Source: a bacterium
Lineage (GTDB): Bacteria; Hinthialibacterota; Hinthialibacteria; Hinthialibacterales; Hinthialibacteraceae
DNA: 12,539 nucleotides
NCBI GenBank assembly: GCA_041946805.1
Contig: JBHGBC010000172.1
Location: 1-12,539, forward strand
Reading direction: 5' to 3'
Shown here one piece after another: positions 1 to 7,706 of this stretch; within the stretch, counting starts at the first letter, position 1, and each line of letters opens with the position of its first letter. The notes under the pieces are model-generated. The model did no database searches, was not told where the DNA came from, and was given only the letters and a program-made list of their open reading frames with translations. A program made the translations under genes and the position numbers.

Positions 1-61
1 ATCAATGTTATCCAATTGATTCCGATGAAGTTATGGAAAAATAGGTGGGGTAAATTGCGCT

Positions 62-90
62 AAAAATAAAGTGGGACCCGCGGGTCCCAC
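62..90 (-). terminator. Intrinsic terminator downstream of the permease
   Basis: Perfect 20-bp palindrome GTGGGACCCGCGGGTCCCAC (71-90), followed on the minus strand by TTTATTTTT, about 70 nt after the permease stop at 158. Confidence 0.8.
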
Positions 91-157
91 ATGTTGACAT
101 GATTGATTTCGATAGGGAATGGTGTTCTATCTTTGTAGAAAACGCTGGAACCCTTGT

Positions 158-1513
158 CTATTTTTCCTGGATCAGGGGCACGGTCTCGGGCTCGAGGCCC
201 GCCTTGGACAGGAGGAAATACAGCGCGAAGCCCACGGCGAACGAATACACCGAGGCGGGGACGATGCTCGCCGCCGAGATATTGGGCAGAATGCCGACGA
301 TGAATCCCACGATGACCGCGATGTAGCCCGCCCAGTTGATCCCCTTCCGGGGGCCAGGCCACACGCCGCCACAAATCAGGTAATCGGCCGCGATGGCGCC
401 GCACACCGGCCCGAACGATGCGCCGATGAATCCGAAGAAGGACTGCAGGTTCTGGGCGACGCCGGTCACCGCCAGGATGATGCCGATGGTCGCACCCCCC
501 ATTGTCCAGGCCATGCGCGAAATGCTGGGAATCATGGTGGAGAAACTATTGGCGATGATGAATGAACAGAAACAGGCCGGGGCCATCGACGCGACGGCGA
601 AGAGCAGGAACATGAGGCGGCCGCCAGCCATCTGCCCGACCGCCTGAGTGAAGAACCAGGCCTTCTCCGCCGAGGCGAGTTCCGGATGGGCCCCCATGAT
701 GCCGGCGATGGCGATCATGGGAAGCAGGCCGCACAGGAAGATGGACAGGGCGACGCCCACCAGGCCGCCCAGGATGATGTCGTTCTTGTTCCGGTTGTTC
801 ATGCCGAAATCCGCGCCCGCCGCGCCCGCCGTGGCGAAGAAGCCGATCACCAGCTGGATCATCATCAGGACGGCCAGGCCGGTTTGCGGGGTTGCAATGC
901 CGAATTTACTGAGATCGAACTGGGAGAGGCTGCCCGAACCGGTATAGGCGGCATAGAGGAGCATCACGAGGGGCACGATGGGGAAGAAAAGGGAAATCTT
1001 CGCGACATATTGGATGCCTTTCACTCCGGCATAAGCAAAGACGTAACCCCAGATGATCCCCGCGATGATGAAGACCGGGTGCATGGGCCCGGGCGCCGAC
1101 TCGAGGCCATACAGCGTGTTGAGCATGTATTGGGTGGCGAAAAAAGTTCCCACGCTGTACCAGCCGACCTGCAGCACGCCCATGAACACACCGGGGATGA
1201 AATACCCGCCTTTTTCGCCGAAGGTCGAAGTGCCGATGATATAGAGTGGATAGCCGGTCTTCATGCCCCACATCGCCGGGGCAAGGTAGAAGAGCAGGAA
1301 GGCAATCAGGCCCGCCGCGATCAGGCCGATAACGGCCGCGCCCAGGCCCCCAACGGACAGGGTTCCCTTGGCCAGTTGGTCGTAGAAGGCGATCCACAGA
1401 AAGATGCCCGCATAGGACGGGGCGGTGTTGAGATACCACGGCGCGCGGTTGGCCGGGGGATTGGGCTTGGCGGAACGTAAATAATCGGGCAGGGTATGCG
1501 TGGATTGGTTCAT
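158..1513 (-). CDS. NCS1 / cytosine-purine permease family membrane transporter (substrate unknown)
   Basis: About 451 aa, roughly 12 hydrophobic segments, with CodB-like features (GMKTGYPLYIIGTSTFGEKG, QVGWYSV, GADF, GAIAADY, GINWAG). Start moved from TTG 1576 to ATG 1513 (MNQSTH), which has GGAGG at 1524-1528. Confidence 0.85.
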   Translation of the reverse strand: MNQSTHTLPDYLRSAKPNPPANRAPWYLNTAPSYAGIFLWIAFYDQLAKGTLSVGGLGAAVIGLIAAGLIAFLLFYLAPAMWGMKTGYPLYIIGTSTFGEKGGYFIPGVFMGVLQVGWYSVGTFFATQYMLNTLYGLESAPGPMHPVFIIAGIIWGYVFAYAGVKGIQYVAKISLFFPIVPLVMLLYAAYTGSGSLSQFDLSKFGIATPQTGLAVLMMIQLVIGFFATAGAAGADFGMNNRNKNDIILGGLVGVALSIFLCGLLPMIAIAGIMGAHPELASAEKAWFFTQAVGQMAGGRLMFLLFAVASMAPACFCSFIIANSFSTMIPSISRMAWTMGGATIGIILAVTGVAQNLQSFFGFIGASFGPVCGAIAADYLICGGVWPGPRKGINWAGYIAVIVGFIVGILPNISAASIVPASVYSFAVGFALYFLLSKAGLEPETVPLIQEK

Positions 1514-1584
1514 GGTTTTCTTTCCTCCCAACGAGGCGAAAAATGGGTGGCGCGGCGGACAGGCCCACCGGTCCAAACGCGGAC

Positions 1585-1593
1585 ACTATACCA
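1585..1593 (-). promoter_or_regulatory. Putative extended -10 promoter for the permease
   Basis: TGGTATAGT (TGn plus TATAGT) on the minus strand about 70 nt upstream of the ATG. No convincing -35. Confidence 0.4.
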
Positions 1594-1704
1594 AAATCCG
1601 CATGGAAGTGATGTGGAGAGTGGTCCATATCGCGGTTTTCGTATCAGGGTGAGGGATCCGGAGTTCAGGATCGATCCCCGCGCCTCCGAACAGGAAAAAG
1701 GGGA

Positions 1705-1732
1705 TTGACAAGAACCGGTTTGGGAATAGAAT
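1705..1732 (+). promoter_or_regulatory. Sigma70-type promoter of tRNA-Gln
   Basis: TTGACA (1705-1710), 16-nt spacer, TAGAAT (1727-1732), 13 nt upstream of the tRNA. Confidence 0.85.
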
Positions 1733-1745
1733 CCTAACCGTTCGT

Positions 1746-1822
1746 TGGGGAGTAGACGAATGGGTAAAGTCACCAGTCTTTGGAACTGGAGTTTGCAGGT
1801 TCGACTCCTGCCTCCCCAGCCA
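1746..1822 (+). tRNA. tRNA-Gln (anticodon TTG)
   Basis: Acceptor stem TGGGGAG/CTCCCCA, discriminator G, encoded CCA. D stem GAC/GTC. Anticodon arm CCAGT-CTTTGGA-ACTGG. T arm GCAGG-TTCGACT-CCTGC. Confidence 0.97.
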
Positions 1823-1901
1823 CCCCTCCTGGCGTTCTTTCACTAACCGTTGAACGAATAATCAAGCGCCGGAGCACGTGACAACGTGCCCTGGCTTCGC
1901 C

Positions 1902-2870
1902 TTATTCGCCTCCGCGGATTTTCAAATCCCCAACTTCTAGCACGACCGCTTCCGTGTCCGGATGGGAAGTGAGAAAGCCTTGGATCTCCCCGGGCGTCAT
2001 GATCATGAAGGCCGTGGAATGCGCGTCCGACTCGGCAGCCCCAGGCGCGAAAGCCCACGCCGCCCGCGTCCGCTCCACCGGACGGCCCGTGCGGGGATCG
2101 AGGATATGCGCCCCCTTCCCGAGGCCCGAACCGCTCACCGCCCGGCCGCGCAACTCGGTCTTCCGAATGACTCCCCCGGTCTGCGGATCGCTCAGGGTGA
2201 TGGGCCATCCCTCCCGGCCCGGCGGCGGTAGCATCGCGATGACGGTGCTGGTTCCCCCGTGCAGCAGGACGGCCTCAAGCCCCCAATCCCGCAAGCGTTC
2301 CGCCATACGGTCCACGGCGTATCCCTTGCCATAGCCGCCCAGGTCGAGAAGCAGCCCGCCTGCGGTCCACCGTGCCGTGTGATCTCCGGCATTCAACTCC
2401 AGGGGAAACGGCCGCCCGGCCTCCGGAGAAATCCACTCGGCTGAAGGCAAGGAGCCGGAATTCGGATATTTCCATTCATCGATGCGCCGGCCCAGGGTGA
2501 TGTCGAACGTGTGAAAGGTTTTCTCATACAGCCGCGCGCAGGCCGACAGGCACTCGAAGGATTCCAGGCCGATTCGGACCGCCTGTCCCGGCGGGGCCTG
2601 GTTGATTCGGGAAATGTCGCTGGTGGGGATGAACCGGCTGAGTTCGCCTTCCAGGCGATCCAGCTCCTCGAAGGCTTCCCGGGCGGCCTGCCGGGCATAC
2701 TCCCCATCTGCATCGGCAATGAATATCTCGAACACCGTGGCCATCGCCGGATGATTGAAGCGGTGGACATGGGTTTTCCATTCCGTTGAGGCCAGGATCA
2801 GGCCGGGAGACACAGAATCCATGAGGATCATCCGGGAATTGCGTACTTGACGAGGCAAAATCGGTTTCAT
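1902..2870 (-). CDS. apbE: FAD:protein FMN transferase (ApbE family), no lipoprotein signal; start uncertain (2870, 2831 or 2822)
   Basis: Motifs AMATVFEI, LSRFIPTSDISRIN, FDITLG, LDLGGYGKGYAVD, HGGTS, SGSG, HILDPRTGRP, DAHSTA. Confidence 0.9.
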   Translation of the reverse strand: MKPILPRQVRNSRMILMDSVSPGLILASTEWKTHVHRFNHPAMATVFEIFIADADGEYARQAAREAFEELDRLEGELSRFIPTSDISRINQAPPGQAVRIGLESFECLSACARLYEKTFHTFDITLGRRIDEWKYPNSGSLPSAEWISPEAGRPFPLELNAGDHTARWTAGGLLLDLGGYGKGYAVDRMAERLRDWGLEAVLLHGGTSTVIAMLPPPGREGWPITLSDPQTGGVIRKTELRGRAVSGSGLGKGAHILDPRTGRPVERTRAAWAFAPGAAESDAHSTAFMIMTPGEIQGFLTSHPDTEAVVLEVGDLKIRGGE

Positions 2871-3108
2871 TCACTCCGGGATGAGTGGCGGGCACCCAGG
2901 ACCGCCCCTACAAAAATACCCTCACCCTGCCCCTCTCCCAGAGAGAGAAGGAATTATTTTTTTCCCCCCAAAGGGAGAGGGAATTATTCCTTTTATCGTC
3001 CTTTTTCCCGGGCGTAGCCAAGGTTTCGCTTCCGGCGCGCCGTGGGCGTTTGCATCAGCATACGGAATTCTGATGAAGATTATATTACGACAACTCAACA
3101 GAAGCTGG
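2828..3108. repeat. Composite intergenic repeat; left part homologous to 7707-7833, right part to 4531-4665
   Basis: 2828-2955 aligns with 7707-7833 with about 20 differences in 128 nt (hand count). 2961-3108 shares colinear blocks with 4531-4665, including GGGAGAGGGAATT and ACTCAACAGA. Confidence 0.85.
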
Positions 3109-3438
3109 GAAAGAAACATTTATTCCGCGCGGAGCGTCTTTGACGATTATACCCGGCTTTTCCTTCACCTTCCACAAGGCTCGGGAGGCTGTCGGGGGGA
3201 GACACCGTGAAGCTTTCAGTCAGGAATGGATCTCACAAGACCAGCCTGGATTTCGATCAAGGGATGTTATTGATACTCTGTCCAAACTTCGATTACCCAT
3301 CAGTCGACGCTATCAACCAGTTCCGGATAATCATCCAGGGCTTATATTCCCGAACAGGCTGAACCAGGTTCTATTCTTATTCTTCTACTCTCCTTCCAGG
3401 CTTCATGGTATTTTGTAACCAAATGGAGGTATGGAATC

Positions 3439-4341
3439 ATGAACCGAGCCGCAAGCAAATCGATCGTGTATTACATCCTGGTTTTGGTTATGGAATCCGG
3501 AACGATATCAGGTCCGGCGGCCCAATCCGCCCCGGCGGCGGAACCGGATGGGACCATCCGGCTGGTCATCCGGGGTGATGACATGGGATCCAGCCACACC
3601 GCCAATGTGGCCTGCATCCAGGCATTCAAGGAAGGGATCATGCGGACCGTGGAGGTCATGGTTCCCGCGCCGTGGTTCCCCGAGGCGGTCAAAATGTTGC
3701 GTGAAAATCCCGGCCTGGACGTGGGCGTGCATTGGACCCTGACCAGTGAGTGGGAGTTGATGAAGTGGGGGCCGCTGACCCAATCGCCCAGCCTGGCCAA
3801 CCGCTTGGGACATTTTCTCCCCATGACCAGCCAACGGCCCGATTTTCCACCGGGCACGGGGTTCTTGCAATCACCGTACCAAGTGGAAGAAGTGGAAGCC
3901 GAACTGCGCGCCCAGATCGAACGGGCGAAGGAACTGATACCCAACATCAGCCACCTCACGGCCCACATGGGTTTGCCCTCCGCGGCCCCGAATCTCCGTT
4001 CCCTGGCTTCTCGCTTGTCCCAGGAATATCAGCTGCCCTTGGAACTGCCCGGGGCCAAACCGGCGGGGGGATTCGGCGGCAGCGATACCACACCCGGCCA
4101 AAAGGAATCCGCCCTGGTCAAGATCCTGGAAAACCTGCGGCCCGGCCTCTGGCTGTTTGTGGATCATCCCGGACTTGACACCCCCGAGATGCAGTCTCTA
4201 GGCCACACCGGTTATTGGAACGTGGCGGCGGACCGCGACGGTGTGACCCGGGCATTCACCAGCCCGAAAGTCCGGGAAGTGATTCAAAAGCGCGCCATCC
4301 GTCTGATGAGTTACGCGGAAGTGATCCAGGAGAGAAAATAA
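3439..4341 (+). CDS. YdjC/ChbG/HpnK-family carbohydrate deacetylase, probably exported
   Basis: LVIRGDDMG, GIMRTVEVMVP, DVGVHWTLTSEW, ELRAQI, SHLTAHM and HPG motifs. GGAGG at 3425-3429. Hydrophobic N-terminus followed by an Ala/Pro-rich linker. Confidence 0.9.
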   Translation: MNRAASKSIVYYILVLVMESGTISGPAAQSAPAAEPDGTIRLVIRGDDMGSSHTANVACIQAFKEGIMRTVEVMVPAPWFPEAVKMLRENPGLDVGVHWTLTSEWELMKWGPLTQSPSLANRLGHFLPMTSQRPDFPPGTGFLQSPYQVEEVEAELRAQIERAKELIPNISHLTAHMGLPSAAPNLRSLASRLSQEYQLPLELPGAKPAGGFGGSDTTPGQKESALVKILENLRPGLWLFVDHPGLDTPEMQSLGHTGYWNVAADRDGVTRAFTSPKVREVIQKRAIRLMSYAEVIQERK

Positions 4342-4345
4342 GGAA

Positions 4346-4369
4346 CATCCGGGAAATGCATGCCGGATG
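4346..4369. repeat. Hairpin after the deacetylase stop, related to the TIR of the 7707-7910 element
   Basis: CATCCGG-gaaatgcatg-CCGGATG. The first 14 nt (CATCCGGGAAATGC) are identical to 7708-7721. Confidence 0.55.
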
Positions 4370-4420
4370 GAATTCCGTTCTGCCGTCCACTCTCTGATTC
4401 GGGCGGACATTGACAGGCTA

Positions 4421-4662
4421 GGTTCTGTTGAGTTTTTCCAACGCAGATCAAATTACCAAAATGGAACTTGTTAATCGATTGCACGAAACACCAATATGGC
4501 GCCCTTTCAGGGCTTCCATCTCCCAAATCCTTTCCCCGAGGGAGAGGGAATTGGTTCCCTTGGTCCCGGCTAAATTCCTGGGCTAGTAGAAAAGCGCCTT
4601 TGGCGCTGGCACGGCCATCCCGCATATCAATAACGCATTCATGACGAAGACTCAACAGAGCC
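4421..4662. mobile_element. MITE-like non-autonomous element (242 bp)
   Basis: Inverted ends CTAGGTTCTGTTGAGTTTT (4418-4436) and AAGACTCAACAGAGCCTAG (4647-4665), 17/19 match. Flanked by TA, or by CTAG if the ends are set one base inward. No credible ORF inside. Confidence 0.75.
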
Positions 4663-4682
4663 TAGGCTTCAACCGAGGATGG

Positions 4683-4706
4683 ATAAAGGGCGGCCCGGCG
4701 GCCGCC
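4683..4706 (-). terminator. Probable intrinsic terminator of ugd (possibly bidirectional)
   Basis: Stem GGCGGCC (4689-4695) / GGCCGCC (4700-4706) with a 4-nt loop, followed by CTTTAT on the minus strand, 17 nt past the ugd stop. Confidence 0.55.
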
Positions 4707-4723
4707 TCTCTATTTCAAATCGA

Positions 4724-6037
4724 TCACCGTCCCACCGCGTAATAGGTGAAACCGAGCGATTTCATCCGCTTGGGATCGTAGATGTTGCGTCCGTCGAAAA
4801 TCACCGGCTGGCGCATCAGGGATTTGATCGTGTCCCAGTTGGGGCGGCGGAACTCGTCCCACTCGGTCACCACCACCAGCGCGTCCGCGTCCTTCAGGCA
4901 GTCGTAATTCTTCTTGGCGAACTGCACGCGGTTGTCGAAGAGCGTTTTCGCGTGATCCATGGCCACCGGATCGTAGGCGGTCACTTCGGCCTGGTTTTCC
5001 AATAGGGACTTGATGATAGTGATGGACGGGGCCTCGCGCATGTCGTCGGTTTTGGGCTTGAACGCCAGACCCCATACGGCAATCGTTTTCCCCTGCAACG
5101 ATGCGCCGAAATGCTGGAGGATTTTGGGTATCAGGACTTTTTTCTGATGTTGGTTGACCGCTTCCACGGCCGGGAGCATGGCCGGCTCGTAACCATGATC
5201 GCGCGCGGTCTGGATGAGAGCCTGAATGTCCTTGGGGAAACAACTGCCGCCGTATCCAACCCCCGGGAAAATGAAGGGATACCCGATGCGGGAATCGGAA
5301 CCGATGCCCTGGCGGACCAGGTCCACGTCGGCCCCCACCATCTCGCAGATATTGGCGATTTCGTTCATGAACGAAATTTTGGCGGCCAGGAGGGCGTTGG
5401 CGGCGTATTTCGTCATCTCCGCCGAGGCGTTGTTCATGATCAGGATCGGCTTGCCGGTGCGCACGAAGGGGGCGTACAGTTCGCGCATGATCTCCGCGGT
5501 GCGGACATTGTCGACGCCGATGATGACCCGGTCGGGTTTCATGAAATCCTCGATCGCCGCACCCTCTTTCAAGAACTCGGGATTGGAAACCACGTCGAAC
5601 TCGTACTCCACGTGGCGCGCCCGCAGTTCCTCGGCGATGGTTTGCTGGACGCGGGCGTGGGTTCCCACCGGCACCGTGGATTTCATCACGATGATCTTGA
5701 AACCGTCCATGGCTTGCGCGATCTCCCGGGTGACGGCAAACACCGCGCGCAGGTCCGCTTTCCGTTCGGGAGACAGCGGCGTGCCCACGGCGATGAATAC
5801 CAGCAGGGACTTCTTGACCGCCGCCGCCAGATCGGTGGTGAATTCCAGGCGTTCTTCCTGGAAATTGCGGGCCACCAGTTCTTCCAATCCCGGCTCGTAG
5901 ATGGGGATCATCCCCTGCTTGAGACGCTCGATCTTCTTTTCGTCGATGTCCACGCAGATGACATCGTTGCCGGACTCCGCCAGGCAGGTGCCGGTGACCA
6001 ATCCCACATATCCCGTGCCAATCACTGCGATGCGCAT
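4724..6037 (-). CDS. ugd: UDP-glucose 6-dehydrogenase (UDP-glucose/GDP-mannose dehydrogenase family)
   Basis: GTGYVG Rossmann motif, PIYEPGL, IAVGTP, KSTVPVGT, SNPEFLKEG, AEMTKYAAN, catalytic GYGGSCFPKD, GLAFKPKTDDMREAPS, DGRN. Confidence 0.97.
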   Translation of the reverse strand: MRIAVIGTGYVGLVTGTCLAESGNDVICVDIDEKKIERLKQGMIPIYEPGLEELVARNFQEERLEFTTDLAAAVKKSLLVFIAVGTPLSPERKADLRAVFAVTREIAQAMDGFKIIVMKSTVPVGTHARVQQTIAEELRARHVEYEFDVVSNPEFLKEGAAIEDFMKPDRVIIGVDNVRTAEIMRELYAPFVRTGKPILIMNNASAEMTKYAANALLAAKISFMNEIANICEMVGADVDLVRQGIGSDSRIGYPFIFPGVGYGGSCFPKDIQALIQTARDHGYEPAMLPAVEAVNQHQKKVLIPKILQHFGASLQGKTIAVWGLAFKPKTDDMREAPSITIIKSLLENQAEVTAYDPVAMDHAKTLFDNRVQFAKKNYDCLKDADALVVVTEWDEFRRPNWDTIKSLMRQPVIFDGRNIYDPKRMKSLGFTYYAVGR

Positions 6038-6200
6038 ATCGTCTTATCCATGTATCCTTTCCCGCGTGATATGGTTCCACCCCGAGGATGGAGCCGCCGG
6101 TCCCGAGGAAGTTTTGTCCGGTTGAGTTGAACGAACGAGAATAGTATCGTGGTGGTTGCATTGTATCGGGATTTTATTTCCAACCAAGAGGCTGTCCGGC

Positions 6201-6506
6201 ATGGAGAACATCAATCCCCCGTGCCCGGAATGTGTGATCATTCCCGGCCGGTTGCCGAAAAATGAGATCGCCTTCGTCAACGCCGTGCTCGATGACATGG
6301 AGGGCATGGTGGTGGTCCGCACCGAGGAGGCCGAGGAGGGGCGGATGGAATACTGGGTCGCTCCGGATTTTCTGGAAGAGTTCCAGGAATTTGCGGCCAT
6401 CATGCGCGGCCATTGGGGCATCCCCATGACCCTATCGAATCCCATCCCGCAATCCACGGAAATTCAACCGCCCCGCGCGGAGGGATCCATCGAGGACCGT
6501 CCATGA
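6201..6506 (+). CDS. Small DUF4911-like protein
   Basis: 101 aa from ATG 6201 (GAGG at 6188-6191). The core EIAFVNAVLDDMEGMVVVRT...GRMEYWVAP resembles DUF4911. Stop overlaps the next start (ATGA). Confidence 0.7.
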   Translation: MENINPPCPECVIIPGRLPKNEIAFVNAVLDDMEGMVVVRTEEAEEGRMEYWVAPDFLEEFQEFAAIMRGHWGIPMTLSNPIPQSTEIQPPRAEGSIEDRP

Positions 6507-7678
6507 AAATCGAATCGGTGGATTTCTTCTATCTCGCCATGCCGGAAATCCGGGACATCGGCGATGGCAGCCAGGACGCGCTCTTGGTCCGGGTCCAGGC
6601 GGGCGGTTTCACGGGATGGGGTGAATGCGAGGCCGCGCCGCTGGTTTCCATCGCCGCGTGGAACTGCCCCATGTCGCACTCGGCCTGCAAGCCGGTCAGC
6701 GCCTCGGTGCTGGGTCAAAAACTGGAGGACCCGAACGATATCCGCCGGATCAACGCGCGGATTCGGGAGAACAGTTTTGATTTGCTGCAGGCCGACCATA
6801 CGCTCTCAGGGGTCGATATCGCATTATGGGATCTGCTGGCGAAAAAGGCCGGCGAACCGGTTTACCGGCTGTTGGGGTATCCGAAGGCTTTTCCCAAAAT
6901 CGCTTACGCCTCGCAACTGTTCGGCGGCAGCCCCTCGGAAACCTACGCCAAGGCGCGGCGGGTGCGTCAGGAAGGCTTTCGCGCGGCCAAGTTCGGCTGG
7001 GGGTCCTATGGCCGGGGTACTGTCGCGGCGGACGCCGAGCAAGTCTGCGCCGCCCGGGAGGGATTGGGCGGGGAGGGCATTCTGCTGGTGGACGCGGGCA
7101 CGGTATGGGGCGCTGACTTGGAGGCGGCCCTGCGCCGCTTGCCCTCGCTGCGGGAAGCCCGGGCGCTGTGGCTGGAGGAGCCGTTCGTTTCGGGGGCGTT
7201 GCCTTCCTACCGGCGGCTGGCCGAAGCCAGCGGGGATGTCCAACTGGCGGGCGGCGAGGGCTGTCATGATTTTCACCAAGCGAGGAATATGATCGATTAC
7301 GCCGGATTGAAATACATCCAGATCGACACGGGGCGCGCGGGCGGCATCACCACCGCCAAGGAGATCGCGGATTATGCCAGTCAACGGGAGGTGACGTATG
7401 TCAATCATACGTTCACCACGCATTTGGCCCTCAGCGCGTCCCTCCAGCCGTACGCCGGCCTCGAACAGCATGAATTGTGTGAATATCCAACCGAGCCGTC
7501 CTCCCTGGCCCTGGAACTTACATTGAGTCCTATCCTGCCGGACGCGAACGGCGGCATCGTTTTGCCCGAACGACCGGGATTGGGTATTGAGCCGGACCCG
7601 AAGGCCATCCGGAAATATGTCGTGGAAACCGAAATCCGCGTGGGGGGAAAATGGATCTATCAAACTCCGGAAATTTAA
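6503..7678 (+). CDS. Mandelate racemase / muconate-lactonizing enzyme family protein (enolase superfamily, likely acid-sugar dehydratase-like)
   Basis: MKIESVDFF start, GWGE, SGVDIALWDL, PVYRLLG, metal ligands in LVDAG, WLEEP and AGGE, then IQID, VNH, EYP, PGLGIE. Start moved to ATG 6503 (GAGGA upstream, ATGA overlap). Confidence 0.93.
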   Translation: MKIESVDFFYLAMPEIRDIGDGSQDALLVRVQAGGFTGWGECEAAPLVSIAAWNCPMSHSACKPVSASVLGQKLEDPNDIRRINARIRENSFDLLQADHTLSGVDIALWDLLAKKAGEPVYRLLGYPKAFPKIAYASQLFGGSPSETYAKARRVRQEGFRAAKFGWGSYGRGTVAADAEQVCAAREGLGGEGILLVDAGTVWGADLEAALRRLPSLREARALWLEEPFVSGALPSYRRLAEASGDVQLAGGEGCHDFHQARNMIDYAGLKYIQIDTGRAGGITTAKEIADYASQREVTYVNHTFTTHLALSASLQPYAGLEQHELCEYPTEPSSLALELTLSPILPDANGGIVLPERPGLGIEPDPKAIRKYVVETEIRVGGKWIYQTPEI

Positions 7679-7706
7679 TTCACCAGCCGGGAATGATAGT
7701 GGGGGT

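Noticed and set aside
1746..1901. tRNA-Gln as an integration site of an island or prophage
   Set aside because: No integrase and no duplicated tRNA 3' end was seen in the window; flanking genes are metabolic.
2881..3210. ORFs 2881-3210 and 7651-7926 sharing the peptide PGPPLQKYP
   Set aside because: The similarity comes from translating the non-coding DNA repeat; the frames are not conserved outside it.
4710..6161. 483-aa minus-strand ORF and the plus-strand ORFs 5111-6130 and 5226-5900
   Set aside because: Alternative-frame or antisense shadows of ugd. They show no family motifs (the 483-aa one is Arg/Gly/His-rich), as expected from GC-rich codon bias.
6122..6187. Overlapping promoters TTGAGT-N17-TATCGT (+) and TTGGTT-N16-TACAAT (-) between ugd and the DUF4911-like gene
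   Set aside because: Plausible but only partial consensus matches; not supportable as features without TSS data.
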